From positions 1 through 47,073 of the forward strand of contig JBBRNJ010000067.1 in NCBI GenBank assembly GCA_038230375.1: DNA of 47,073 bases, given 5' to 3'. A program made the position numbers and the translations under genes. Positions 39,565 through 47,073 of the stretch are shown here, in pieces (the stretch's first letter is position 1; every line of letters starts with the position of its first letter). This DNA is from Polyangiales bacterium. Its GTDB lineage: Bacteria > Myxococcota_A > Polyangia > Polyangiales > Polyangiaceae. Under the pieces are notes generated by a model that was given only the letters and a program-made list of their open reading frames with translations, searched no databases and was not told the origin of the DNA.

Positions 39565-40787
39565 ACTGGTTCATGACCTTCCGCGTTGCCGTGCGCGCGA
39601 TCGTCCGCAATGGGCTTCGCTCGTTCCTGACCACGCTCGGCATCATCATCGGCGTCGGCGCCGTGATCGCGATGATGGCGATCGGCGCAGGGGCGAAGGC
39701 GCGCGTGGAGCAGGCGTTCGCCGCGATGGGCACGGACCTCCTCATCCTGTTGCCCGGCTCGTCGAGCTCGAGCGGCGTACGCGGCGGCTTCGGCTCGCAG
39801 CCCACGCTGACGTGGGACGACCTCGCTGCGATCCGCACCGAGGTGCCCATGGTGAAGAATGCGTCCCCGCAGCTGCGCTCGAACCAGCCCATCGTGAGCG
39901 AGGACCAGAACTGGACCACCAGCGTCTATGGCGTGGCGACCGAGTACTTCGACATCCGCAGCTGGCCCATGTCGTCCGGCGCCATCTTCACCGACGCCGA
40001 CATCGACAGCTCCGCGAAGGTCGTGGTCCTCGGGCAGACGGTCGTGGACAAGCTCTATGGTCCGAATGCGAACCCGGTCGGACAGATGGTGCGCATTGGC
40101 GTGAACCCGTTCCGCATCGTGGGCGTGGCCAAGCGCAAGGGACAGTCGTCCTCCGGCACCGACTACGACGACGCGGCCTTCATCCCGTTCACCACGCACG
40201 CGCACAAGATCCAGGGCGGGCTGGGGAAGTACATGAACGGCCAGGTCTACATCCAGGCGCAGCCGGGAATGACGACGCGCGCGCAGGCAGACGTGACGGG
40301 CCTCATGCGCGATCGCCACAAGATCCCGCCCAGCGGCGACGACGACTTCTCCATTCGCAACCTCTCCGAGATCGCGAGCTCCCAGGCCGAGAGCACGGAC
40401 ACCATCACGACGCTCCTTGCGTGCGTGGCGCTGGTCTCGCTCGTGGTCGGTGGCATTGGCATCATGAACATCATGCTGGTGAGCGTGACCGAGCGAACGC
40501 GCGAGATCGGCGTTCGCATGGCGCTGGGAGCGAAGCCCATGAACATCCTCTCGCAGTTCCTGATCGAGGCCCTCACCCTCTCCATCACGGGAGGCCTCAT
40601 AGGAGTGGCAAGCGGAGTAGGCGTGGCCCTGCTCCTGACGATCAAGTACCAGTGGCCCACGCTCCTCCAACCAGAGGTCATCCTGGTGAGCGTGGGCTTC
40701 AGCGCCTTCGTAGGAGTCGTCTTCGGCCTCTACCCAGCCTGGAAAGCCTCCCAGCTAGATCCCATAGACGCCCTCCGTTACGAGTAG
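39561..40787 (+). CDS. MacB-type ABC transporter permease
   Basis: RSFLTTLGIIIGV, VGGIGIMNIMLVSVTERTREIGVRMALGA, LDPIDALRYE. Confidence 0.97.
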   Translation: MNWFMTFRVAVRAIVRNGLRSFLTTLGIIIGVGAVIAMMAIGAGAKARVEQAFAAMGTDLLILLPGSSSSSGVRGGFGSQPTLTWDDLAAIRTEVPMVKNASPQLRSNQPIVSEDQNWTTSVYGVATEYFDIRSWPMSSGAIFTDADIDSSAKVVVLGQTVVDKLYGPNANPVGQMVRIGVNPFRIVGVAKRKGQSSSGTDYDDAAFIPFTTHAHKIQGGLGKYMNGQVYIQAQPGMTTRAQADVTGLMRDRHKIPPSGDDDFSIRNLSEIASSQAESTDTITTLLACVALVSLVVGGIGIMNIMLVSVTERTREIGVRMALGAKPMNILSQFLIEALTLSITGGLIGVASGVGVALLLTIKYQWPTLLQPEVILVSVGFSAFVGVVFGLYPAWKASQLDPIDALRYE

Positions 40788-40798
40788 GTGAGGATGAA

Positions 40799-40837
40799 TG
40801 GTTGCTAACAGCAACTAATTAGGTAGCATCCGCAACC
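40799..40837 (+). promoter_or_regulatory. Putative MarR operator palindrome overlapping a promoter
   Basis: GTTGCT-AAC-AGCAAC (40801-40815); TTGCTA-16bp-TAGCAT; second imperfect GTAGC-N4-GCAAC just before the ATG. Confidence 0.6.
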
Positions 40838-41764
40838 ATGTTTCCCGAGGTCCTCCAGATCCGCCGTGCCTCCCGCGAGCTCGTCCGCGAGCTGGGCTTC
40901 CTGGACAACCAGCCCGAGCCCTCAGGCCTCACGCACCCGCAGTGCCACGTCCTGATCGAGCTCGGGGAGCGCGGCCCTCTCTCCCAGAACGATCTGGCGT
41001 CCCTCCTGCGCCTGGACAAGTCGCGCATCAGCCGCGTCGTCGCGGAGCTGCTGGCGCTCAAGCTGGTCCGCAAAGACAAAGGCTCCGACGCGCGAAGCCG
41101 CATCGTCACGCTCGGCGAGACAGGGCGCACGCAGCTCGCCCGCCTCCACGCGGACTCGAACGCGCGCGTGGAGATGGCGCTCGCCGTCCTTTCCCCGGAC
41201 GAACGCAAGGCCGCGGTGCGCGGCATGGACCTCTACGCACGCGCCCTGTCGCGCTCACGCCGCCGCGCCGAGTACGCGATCCGCGCGGTGAAGAAGCAGG
41301 ATGCAGCTGCCGTCGCCGCGTTGATCCGCACGGTCATGCCAGAGTTCGGCGCCAGTGGTCCGGGCTACGCGATCATGGACCCCGAGGTCGATGACATGCA
41401 CGCGTCCTACAACGGGCACGGCAAGCGCGCGGCCTACTGGGTGATCGTGCGCAACGAAGATTCTGCAGTGGTCGGTGGCGGCGGGTTTGCGCCGCTCACA
41501 GGAGGTGACAAGAAGACGTGCGAGCTGCGCAAGATGTACCTCTACCCGGAGCTGCGCGGGCTTGGCCTTGGCAGCGAGCTCCTCACGATGTGCATCACGG
41601 GCGCAACGAACGCGGGCTTCCGCACCATGTACCTGGAGACGCTGACGAACATGAAGGCCGCGCAGGCCCTCTACCAGCGCAACGGCTTCACGCGCCTCCC
41701 GGGCGCGAGGGGCAACACCGGACATTCCGGCTGCGACACGTTCTACGAGCGCACGCTCGCGTGA
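40838..41764 (+). CDS. MarR-type regulator fused to GNAT acetyltransferase
   Basis: QCHVLIEL, LRLDKSRISRVV, DARSR winged helix; ELRKMYL.PELRGLGLG, YLET, ALYQRNGF. Confidence 0.93.
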   Translation: MFPEVLQIRRASRELVRELGFLDNQPEPSGLTHPQCHVLIELGERGPLSQNDLASLLRLDKSRISRVVAELLALKLVRKDKGSDARSRIVTLGETGRTQLARLHADSNARVEMALAVLSPDERKAAVRGMDLYARALSRSRRRAEYAIRAVKKQDAAAVAALIRTVMPEFGASGPGYAIMDPEVDDMHASYNGHGKRAAYWVIVRNEDSAVVGGGGFAPLTGGDKKTCELRKMYLYPELRGLGLGSELLTMCITGATNAGFRTMYLETLTNMKAAQALYQRNGFTRLPGARGNTGHSGCDTFYERTLA

Positions 41765-41765
41765 G

Positions 41766-42914
41766 CTACTCGTCGTCCGGCTCGATGTCGGGAATCGTTG
41801 CGGTCGCTGGCGGCGGCGGTAGCGGCGCCTGCGCAGGTGGCTGCGGTGGCGCAGAGCGCAGCGTTGGCGGCAACGGAGGGACCGAGCGCGGTGTGGATGA
41901 CAGGTTGGGCGGCGGCACCGAGCGCGGCGGCCCCGGCGGTTGAGAGCCCGCAGGCGGGAACCCACTGCGCGGAGCCGGCGGTCGCGAGGGCGAACCGGGC
42001 GGACTCGAGCGCGGCCCCGGTGGTGGCTGCGAATTTCGGCGCGCGAGCGTGAGCGCGGAGGCCGCACGTGATGCCACGTCGCGAACGGAGAGCAGCTTCT
42101 CAGCCACCTTGCGTGCGCCCGTATCGGTCGCATCCGCTGTGAGGAGCGCCTCCACGTGGATGATGGCGTTCTGCGGAAGGCCCGCGTCTCCCAGGTACAG
42201 GTCAAGGAGCCGGCGCCTGAGAAGCAGCGCATCCTCGTTTGTCAGCGTGGGATTCTCCAGCGCGACCTCGATGCACGCCGCCGCAAGCGCGGACCGCTTC
42301 GTCAGCTTGCAGTGAGCCTCGAGCGCGGGCAGGAGGCGCGGATTGTCCTGCGCCAGCACGACGAGCTTCTTGCACGCGTCCTCGGCGAGAGGCGAGTCCG
42401 CCTTCAGCAGCACCAGCTTGTGCATCGCCTTCGTGGCGAGCGTGGCCGCAGCGATCGGAGGCGCGGCCGCCGCGTTCGCGTAGACGACCAACGCGCGCCG
42501 CGGATCCTCGGCCGTCTCCAGGCGCCGCTCGAGCCGTGCGAACGCGTCCTTGTGACTCGGCGCGACCTTCAGCACGCGCTCCAGGAACGTCTCCGCCGTC
42601 GCCGTGTCGCCGCGCACACCCTGCATGTAGTCTGCCGCATGCATCAGGAACGCCGTGGCCGCCTCCGGCGCAAGCCGCGAGAGACGCTGGCTGCCCGCCG
42701 TCTTCACGTACGCGGCTCCAAGCACCTCTTCGGTCCCATCGCGCGATGCCGCCGCGTGAAGCGCCTCCCACAGGGTGGGTTGCTCGTCGCCCACCTCCAG
42801 CTCGGAGATGAGCGCCTCGATCGCCGCGTTCGGGTTGTCCACCCGCGTGGTGAGCTGAGCCCGGAGTCGGGTCAGGCGCAGCGCGCGGGCTTTCTCGGCG
42901 GTTTCCGACAACAT
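41766..42914 (-). CDS. Hypothetical TPR-like helical protein with Pro-rich C-terminus
   Basis: LERVLKVAPSHKDAFARLE TPR-like; SxPP repeats at C-terminus; start ATG 42914 or TTG 42932. Confidence 0.75.
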   Translation of the reverse strand: MLSETAEKARALRLTRLRAQLTTRVDNPNAAIEALISELEVGDEQPTLWEALHAAASRDGTEEVLGAAYVKTAGSQRLSRLAPEAATAFLMHAADYMQGVRGDTATAETFLERVLKVAPSHKDAFARLERRLETAEDPRRALVVYANAAAAPPIAAATLATKAMHKLVLLKADSPLAEDACKKLVVLAQDNPRLLPALEAHCKLTKRSALAAACIEVALENPTLTNEDALLLRRRLLDLYLGDAGLPQNAIIHVEALLTADATDTGARKVAEKLLSVRDVASRAASALTLARRNSQPPPGPRSSPPGSPSRPPAPRSGFPPAGSQPPGPPRSVPPPNLSSTPRSVPPLPPTLRSAPPQPPAQAPLPPPPATATIPDIEPDDE

Positions 42915-42951
42915 TGATTCGATTGTACGCAATCGCGCACGCAGACGCGAA

Positions 42952-43605
42952 TTACGATTCCCGCACCAGGTAGCGGAGCACCAGGTCGACCAGCTCCTGC
43001 GTCAGGTCCTCCGCCGACAGACCCGCGGGGCGCTCCAGCAACGTGGCGAGCATGGTGGCCCGCACGGACTGGAACGCAACGAACGCGGCTGCCTCGACGT
43101 TGTCGCGGCGCAGCGGTGCCTGCGTCGCGGCCAGGAAGTGGCGAATGATGTCCACCACGCGCACGTCGAACGCCTGCACACGCGGCGCCGCCGACACCCG
43201 CAGCCCCTCGATCGTCAGCACGCGATGCAGGCCGGGCGAGCGCGCATAGAGCGCCGCGAGCCCGCGGACCACCGCCGTCACGATGTCGCGGGGGCTCCGT
43301 CCCAGATTTCCGTCCGCGAGCACCTCCTGCATCATCGCCATGGTGTGCTCGAACTCACGCTCCTGCAGCGCCGTGAGGATCGCATCCCGATGCGCGAAGT
43401 ACTGGTAGAGCGAGCCCACGCTCACGCCCGCGACCTCTGCGATGCGCGTGGTCGTCGCGGCTTCGAGCCCCTCGCGGTCCAGTGTGAGGACTGTGGCCTC
43501 CAGGATGGCATCGACGGTGGCCTGTGCGCGCGCCTGTCGTGGCTTCCCGATCCGCGGCTCACGCGCAGCGGCTTTCTTTGGCGATGGCTTGCGGGCGCGC
43601 TTCAC
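42952..43605 (-). CDS. TetR/AcrR-family transcriptional regulator
   Basis: PRQARAQATVDAILEA, TTTRIAEVAGVSVGSLYQYF; GTG 43605. Confidence 0.93.
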   Translation of the reverse strand: MKRARKPSPKKAAAREPRIGKPRQARAQATVDAILEATVLTLDREGLEAATTTRIAEVAGVSVGSLYQYFAHRDAILTALQEREFEHTMAMMQEVLADGNLGRSPRDIVTAVVRGLAALYARSPGLHRVLTIEGLRVSAAPRVQAFDVRVVDIIRHFLAATQAPLRRDNVEAAAFVAFQSVRATMLATLLERPAGLSAEDLTQELVDLVLRYLVRES

Positions 43606-43696
43606 GGCCGCAGCATCGCATAGTTCAAAGGCTCGCAGAGCGAAGCGTCGCGACCCAGGCGTGCACGGGTTCCGGGTTCCAGTAAGCTTGCCATCC

Positions 43697-45055
43697 ATGG
43701 TGTCCGTGCGTCCCACGATCGTCCTCGGGCTTGCGTGCCTCGCGCTCGTGCTCGGGGTCGTACCGTTCGCGGGCCTCGCGGGCGTCTTCACCATCGTGCT
43801 CGCAGTGCGCGTGCTCCGCCAGGAGCCTCGCGCGCGCGTTCGGATGCGCGCCGCTCTCGCCGTCTCGGGAATGGCAGTCATCGTCGGCCTTGCCTGGGTG
43901 TGGGTCTACGTGGAGCCACCCCGGCGGGTGGTGCGGGGGCAGAGCCCGGTCGTGCTGGCGGTGGTTGGCAACGAGCTTCACAGCGAGGGCTCGTTCGTGA
44001 CGGGCGCGCTGTACCCGTGGGCGGAGCGTCGTGAGCTGTCTCTCGCATCGCATCTGCAAGCAAGTGACAGCGCGTACTCGCTGCGCATCGAGGGCCTGCA
44101 CGACGAGACGCTTCAGGTGGACAGCGTGGGCCTGATCGTTGCCGATCACGAGCCTTCCGTCGTGCTCGTGCCCACCACCCAGGAGACCGTCGTGGCCGTG
44201 AACGGCGCGGTGGAGTCGCTCGGGCCGCTGTCGCTCGTCGACGCGGTGGTGGATGGAGAACCCGTGCGCACGTGGACGGTCAGGTTCCCACGCAGCAACG
44301 GTACGACTGGCGCCACGCGCGCGTTGCTCGTGCTGGAGGCTCGCTCCACGCCGTTCGCAGACGAGGCGTTTGCCCGCTACCTGGGGACCATGGGGCAGAG
44401 CATGGATCCATTCATGTCGTGGGTGACCAAGGAGACGTGCTCCGACGCCTGCCGACAGGAGGTCTGGGACGACGAGACCGCGCGGCTCGGGATCGCGCTG
44501 CGCGTGTCCGTCGTGGGAGCCGCTGCTGCGCCTCAATCCGTTGCGCCCGTCGGTGCCGGTGGCGCGCGCACGTTTGCGGTGCTGGTCGACGTGCCCGCGG
44601 GGGATGGACCGATCGAAATTCGACTGATGTCCACGCCGCGCTTCTGGGACGTCGCGCGTGCCACGCTCGCGCCGGATGCGGAGCGGCGAAGCTACGTCAC
44701 GCTCACTCCCGCGCTTGCGGAGCTACGTCATGGCGAGCACGTGGAGGATGCGCGCGAGCTTGTTTCTACGAGCGATCGTCGTCGCGTCGCGCTGCACGAT
44801 GGAGACTCCTTGGACCTGCGCTTCCAGGCACCGCCCCTGGCCCCGGGCCAGGCACGCGCGATCTTCATTGCTCTACGCGCCCACTATCGCGTCCCCACGG
44901 GAGGCAGGCGGTTCCTCAATCTTCCAGTGATCGGCGCTCACCGCTCGGGGCTGGTCTCGCTACCACGGTTCGCATCCACCCTCTCGAGCAGCGTGGAGAA
45001 GCCAAGCCCCGACAGCGCAACGACCACCAGCGCGGCGCTCAGCACCGGGGAGTAA
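43697..45055 (+). CDS. Hypothetical membrane protein with large soluble domain
   Basis: Three N-terminal hydrophobic segments followed by a beta-rich domain; divergent from tetR. Confidence 0.7.
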   Translation: MVSVRPTIVLGLACLALVLGVVPFAGLAGVFTIVLAVRVLRQEPRARVRMRAALAVSGMAVIVGLAWVWVYVEPPRRVVRGQSPVVLAVVGNELHSEGSFVTGALYPWAERRELSLASHLQASDSAYSLRIEGLHDETLQVDSVGLIVADHEPSVVLVPTTQETVVAVNGAVESLGPLSLVDAVVDGEPVRTWTVRFPRSNGTTGATRALLVLEARSTPFADEAFARYLGTMGQSMDPFMSWVTKETCSDACRQEVWDDETARLGIALRVSVVGAAAAPQSVAPVGAGGARTFAVLVDVPAGDGPIEIRLMSTPRFWDVARATLAPDAERRSYVTLTPALAELRHGEHVEDARELVSTSDRRRVALHDGDSLDLRFQAPPLAPGQARAIFIALRAHYRVPTGGRRFLNLPVIGAHRSGLVSLPRFASTLSSSVEKPSPDSATTTSAALSTGE

Positions 45056-46146
45056 ACGGAGAGGCCCAGGCCCACGACCGCCGTGGCGATGAGGCGTGCG
45101 CGTTCGTGGGCGATCGCACGTCGACCACCGTCGAGCAGGCCACCGGTGGTGGCGAGGCCCGCGAGCACGGTCGCCGCCATGACGAGCTCCACGGCGATGG
45201 GCCGGCCCTCGCGCACCCAAAGCAACCACGCGCCGAGCGACGCCGTGCAGAGGAAGCTCCCGAGCACGTAGCCCCGCGTGGTCCTCCCGATGTCCGCATC
45301 ATCGCGCAGCGGTCGCTCCGGGCCCCGCGCCACGGGCGGCCGCGACAGGATCCTGAGCTTCTCGCGCCACGGCTTCCGGGCAAGCTGCGCCGCGAGCTCG
45401 CGGATGAGACCCCACTGCGCGACCACGCCGTTGTGCGTGCGTGAGATCGACGGAACGTCAGGGCGCAGCGCGTCGCCAGGCGGCGGCTCCAGCCACGTAC
45501 CAAAGAGGCGATCCCAGATGCCGAGCATGGCGCCGTAGTTCTTCTCGCCGTAGCGCGCGTCACGCGAGTGGTGCGAGCCGTGGATGGCCGGCGTGACGAG
45601 GAACCCGAACGTGCGGCGTCGCACCACCGGCGAGTGCGCCGTGAGCGTGTAGAACGAGAGCAGCGCGATCGCAAAGAAGCCAGTGGTGGAGTCCACGCCA
45701 AGGAGCGGCATGAGCCCGAAGAAGAGGGCCGCGTACGGATCCGCGAGCCATTCCAGCCGAAACCCCACCGAGGAGTTCAGGTGCTCGTGCTGGTGATGGA
45801 TGCCGTGGATGGACCAGAACAGCGCGAAGCGATGTCCCGCCCGGTGGTAGACGTAGTAGCAGAAGTCGGCGAGCACGAGCGCCGCCGGCACCTTCCACGC
45901 GCCGTGCGCTGGCCAGCGAAACGGCGCCACGTGATCGTGTGCGAAGTTCCACGCGCGCAGGACCCACGGTCCCGCGAAGAGGCCGATGATCAGCGTACCC
46001 ATACCCGCGGTGAGGTTCGAGATCGTCTCGGCGAAGCTGAACACCTTCTCGCGCTTCCTCCGCGCGATGACGATCTCCATCACGACGTACAGGACATACA
46101 GCGGGATCGCGAACGCGTACCAGGCGGCTGTGTCCAGATCGGGCAT
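44938..46146 (-). CDS. Fatty acid hydroxylase / sterol desaturase family di-iron membrane enzyme (AGMO-like architecture)
   Basis: DFCYYVYHRAGH, WSIHGIHH, TPAIHGSHH, KNYG...IWDRLFGT. Confidence 0.9.
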   Translation of the reverse strand: MPDLDTAAWYAFAIPLYVLYVVMEIVIARRKREKVFSFAETISNLTAGMGTLIIGLFAGPWVLRAWNFAHDHVAPFRWPAHGAWKVPAALVLADFCYYVYHRAGHRFALFWSIHGIHHQHEHLNSSVGFRLEWLADPYAALFFGLMPLLGVDSTTGFFAIALLSFYTLTAHSPVVRRRTFGFLVTPAIHGSHHSRDARYGEKNYGAMLGIWDRLFGTWLEPPPGDALRPDVPSISRTHNGVVAQWGLIRELAAQLARKPWREKLRILSRPPVARGPERPLRDDADIGRTTRGYVLGSFLCTASLGAWLLWVREGRPIAVELVMAATVLAGLATTGGLLDGGRRAIAHERARLIATAVVGLGLSVYSPVLSAALVVVALSGLGFSTLLERVDANRGSETSPER

Positions 46147-46180
46147 GGGATGCGCTTCCAGGTGAGTCTATACTGCGTTG

Positions 46181-46936
46181 ATGGACGGTTCGAGCGCTGC
46201 CGACACCAACGATCGCAGCGCGGTGCTCCGCCGCTGGGTTGCTGTGCAAGACGTGGCCGCGCTCCGTGCCCAGTACCAGGATACCGACGGGCTGCTCGTC
46301 TTCCCGGAGCTGTTGCCGCCGTCGCTCGTGGCCGACATGGTCGCCGAGGCGCGTGCCATGGCGCCGCTCGTGGTGCGCAAGCATGCGCCGTTCGTGCGGC
46401 GTGCGGGGGCCATTCATCATCACCTCATCACGAAGCACGCGCCCGCGATGCACGCGCTGCATCAGTCCGCGGAGCTCTGCGCGCTCTTCTCCGACGTCAC
46501 GCAGATCCCGCTCGAGCATCGCGCGCCCACGGAGTCACATGGCTCCGCGATGTACGCGTACCGCGGAGGCGACTGGCTCGACTGGCACTACGACGAGTGC
46601 GGCTGCGAGCCGGGCGACTCGTTCTCCACCGTCATCGGCCTGGTGGACGAGAGCTCGGCGCGGCTGGAGATCGAGACGCGCAAGACGGAGGAGATGCAGG
46701 GTGGACGCGAGCCGATGCGCCGCTCGCTCCACACGAAGCCTGGCACCTTCGCGTTCTTCTGCGGCACGCGCGCGTTCCATCGCGTGACCAAGCTCGCCGC
46801 TGGTGAGGAGCGCATCACGTTCGCGTTCACGTATCTGCGCAAGGGACGCAAGCCGACCGGCATGTACAAATTCCGGATGCAGCTCGGAAACACCTTCGTC
46901 TATTTCGGGCTCGGGCACCTGTTCGCCAGGCCCTAG
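46181..46936 (+). CDS. Fe(II)/2-oxoglutarate-dependent oxygenase
   Basis: WHYD (HxD), FHRVT distal His, ERIT 2OG-binding Arg. Confidence 0.85.
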   Translation: MDGSSAADTNDRSAVLRRWVAVQDVAALRAQYQDTDGLLVFPELLPPSLVADMVAEARAMAPLVVRKHAPFVRRAGAIHHHLITKHAPAMHALHQSAELCALFSDVTQIPLEHRAPTESHGSAMYAYRGGDWLDWHYDECGCEPGDSFSTVIGLVDESSARLEIETRKTEEMQGGREPMRRSLHTKPGTFAFFCGTRAFHRVTKLAAGEERITFAFTYLRKGRKPTGMYKFRMQLGNTFVYFGLGHLFARP

Positions 46937-47073
46937 TTCTACTGCGGGAAGTTGCGTTCCAGTTCTCAGTTCCGTTCGGGCTTGCGCGCGGCAGCGTGAA
47001 AAACGCGGCGGGGCCGCTGTCAGGGCCCCTGAAGCGAACGAGCGACGCTTGGCGTCTGTTGCTCGCTGCCGCC

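Noticed and set aside
46181..46936. BesD/HalD-type halogenase
   Set aside because: The iron motif is HxD (WHYD), not HxG/A, so a hydroxylase-type enzyme is indicated
46937..47073. Hairpin-rich 3' end as ncRNA or repeat element
   Set aside because: Cut off by the window edge, and short GC-rich stems are expected by chance

Overview
GC-rich window, most likely from a myxobacterium (Myxococcota, probably Polyangiales). This is inferred from gene content: Pro-rich proteins, a eukaryote-like Ser/Thr kinase, a bactofilin and a Cys-rich lipoprotein. 1-13780 holds the end of the S10 operon, the spc operon and the alpha operon (rpsC..rplQ, secY, adk, infA, rpoA). There is no map gene, and two non-ribosomal genes plus a terminator split the alpha cluster between rpsK and rpsD. 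The rpsD leader contains a close mimic of 16S rRNA helix 16, a candidate S4 autoregulatory RNA. After the rplQ terminator lies a ~186-nt rod-shaped candidate ncRNA. 14044-21266 (minus) is a cyanophycin cluster: iadA, cphB, cphA, a CphA paralog lacking the ATP-grasp domain, and a Zn-ribbon membrane protein. 22905-34006 (minus) is an uncharacterised run: acylphosphatase, HEAT/TPR protein, Pro-rich pseudo-Hpt/HhH protein, pentapeptide-repeat/bactofilin-like fusion, bactofilin, stand-alone MutS-type ATPase, membrane protein, Ser/Thr kinase and a membrane-anchored PD-(D/E)XK protein. 34143-41764 (plus) carries a LytS/LytTR pair, a TolC-MacAB-type efflux operon (in-frame TAG in tolC; 17-aa bridging mini-ORF) and a MarR-GNAT fusion. 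The end holds TetR, hypotheticals, a fatty-acid-hydroxylase-family gene and a 2OG-Fe(II) oxygenase. No rRNA, tRNA, CRISPR array or transposase was recognised. All calls come from motif recognition by eye; no searches were run.
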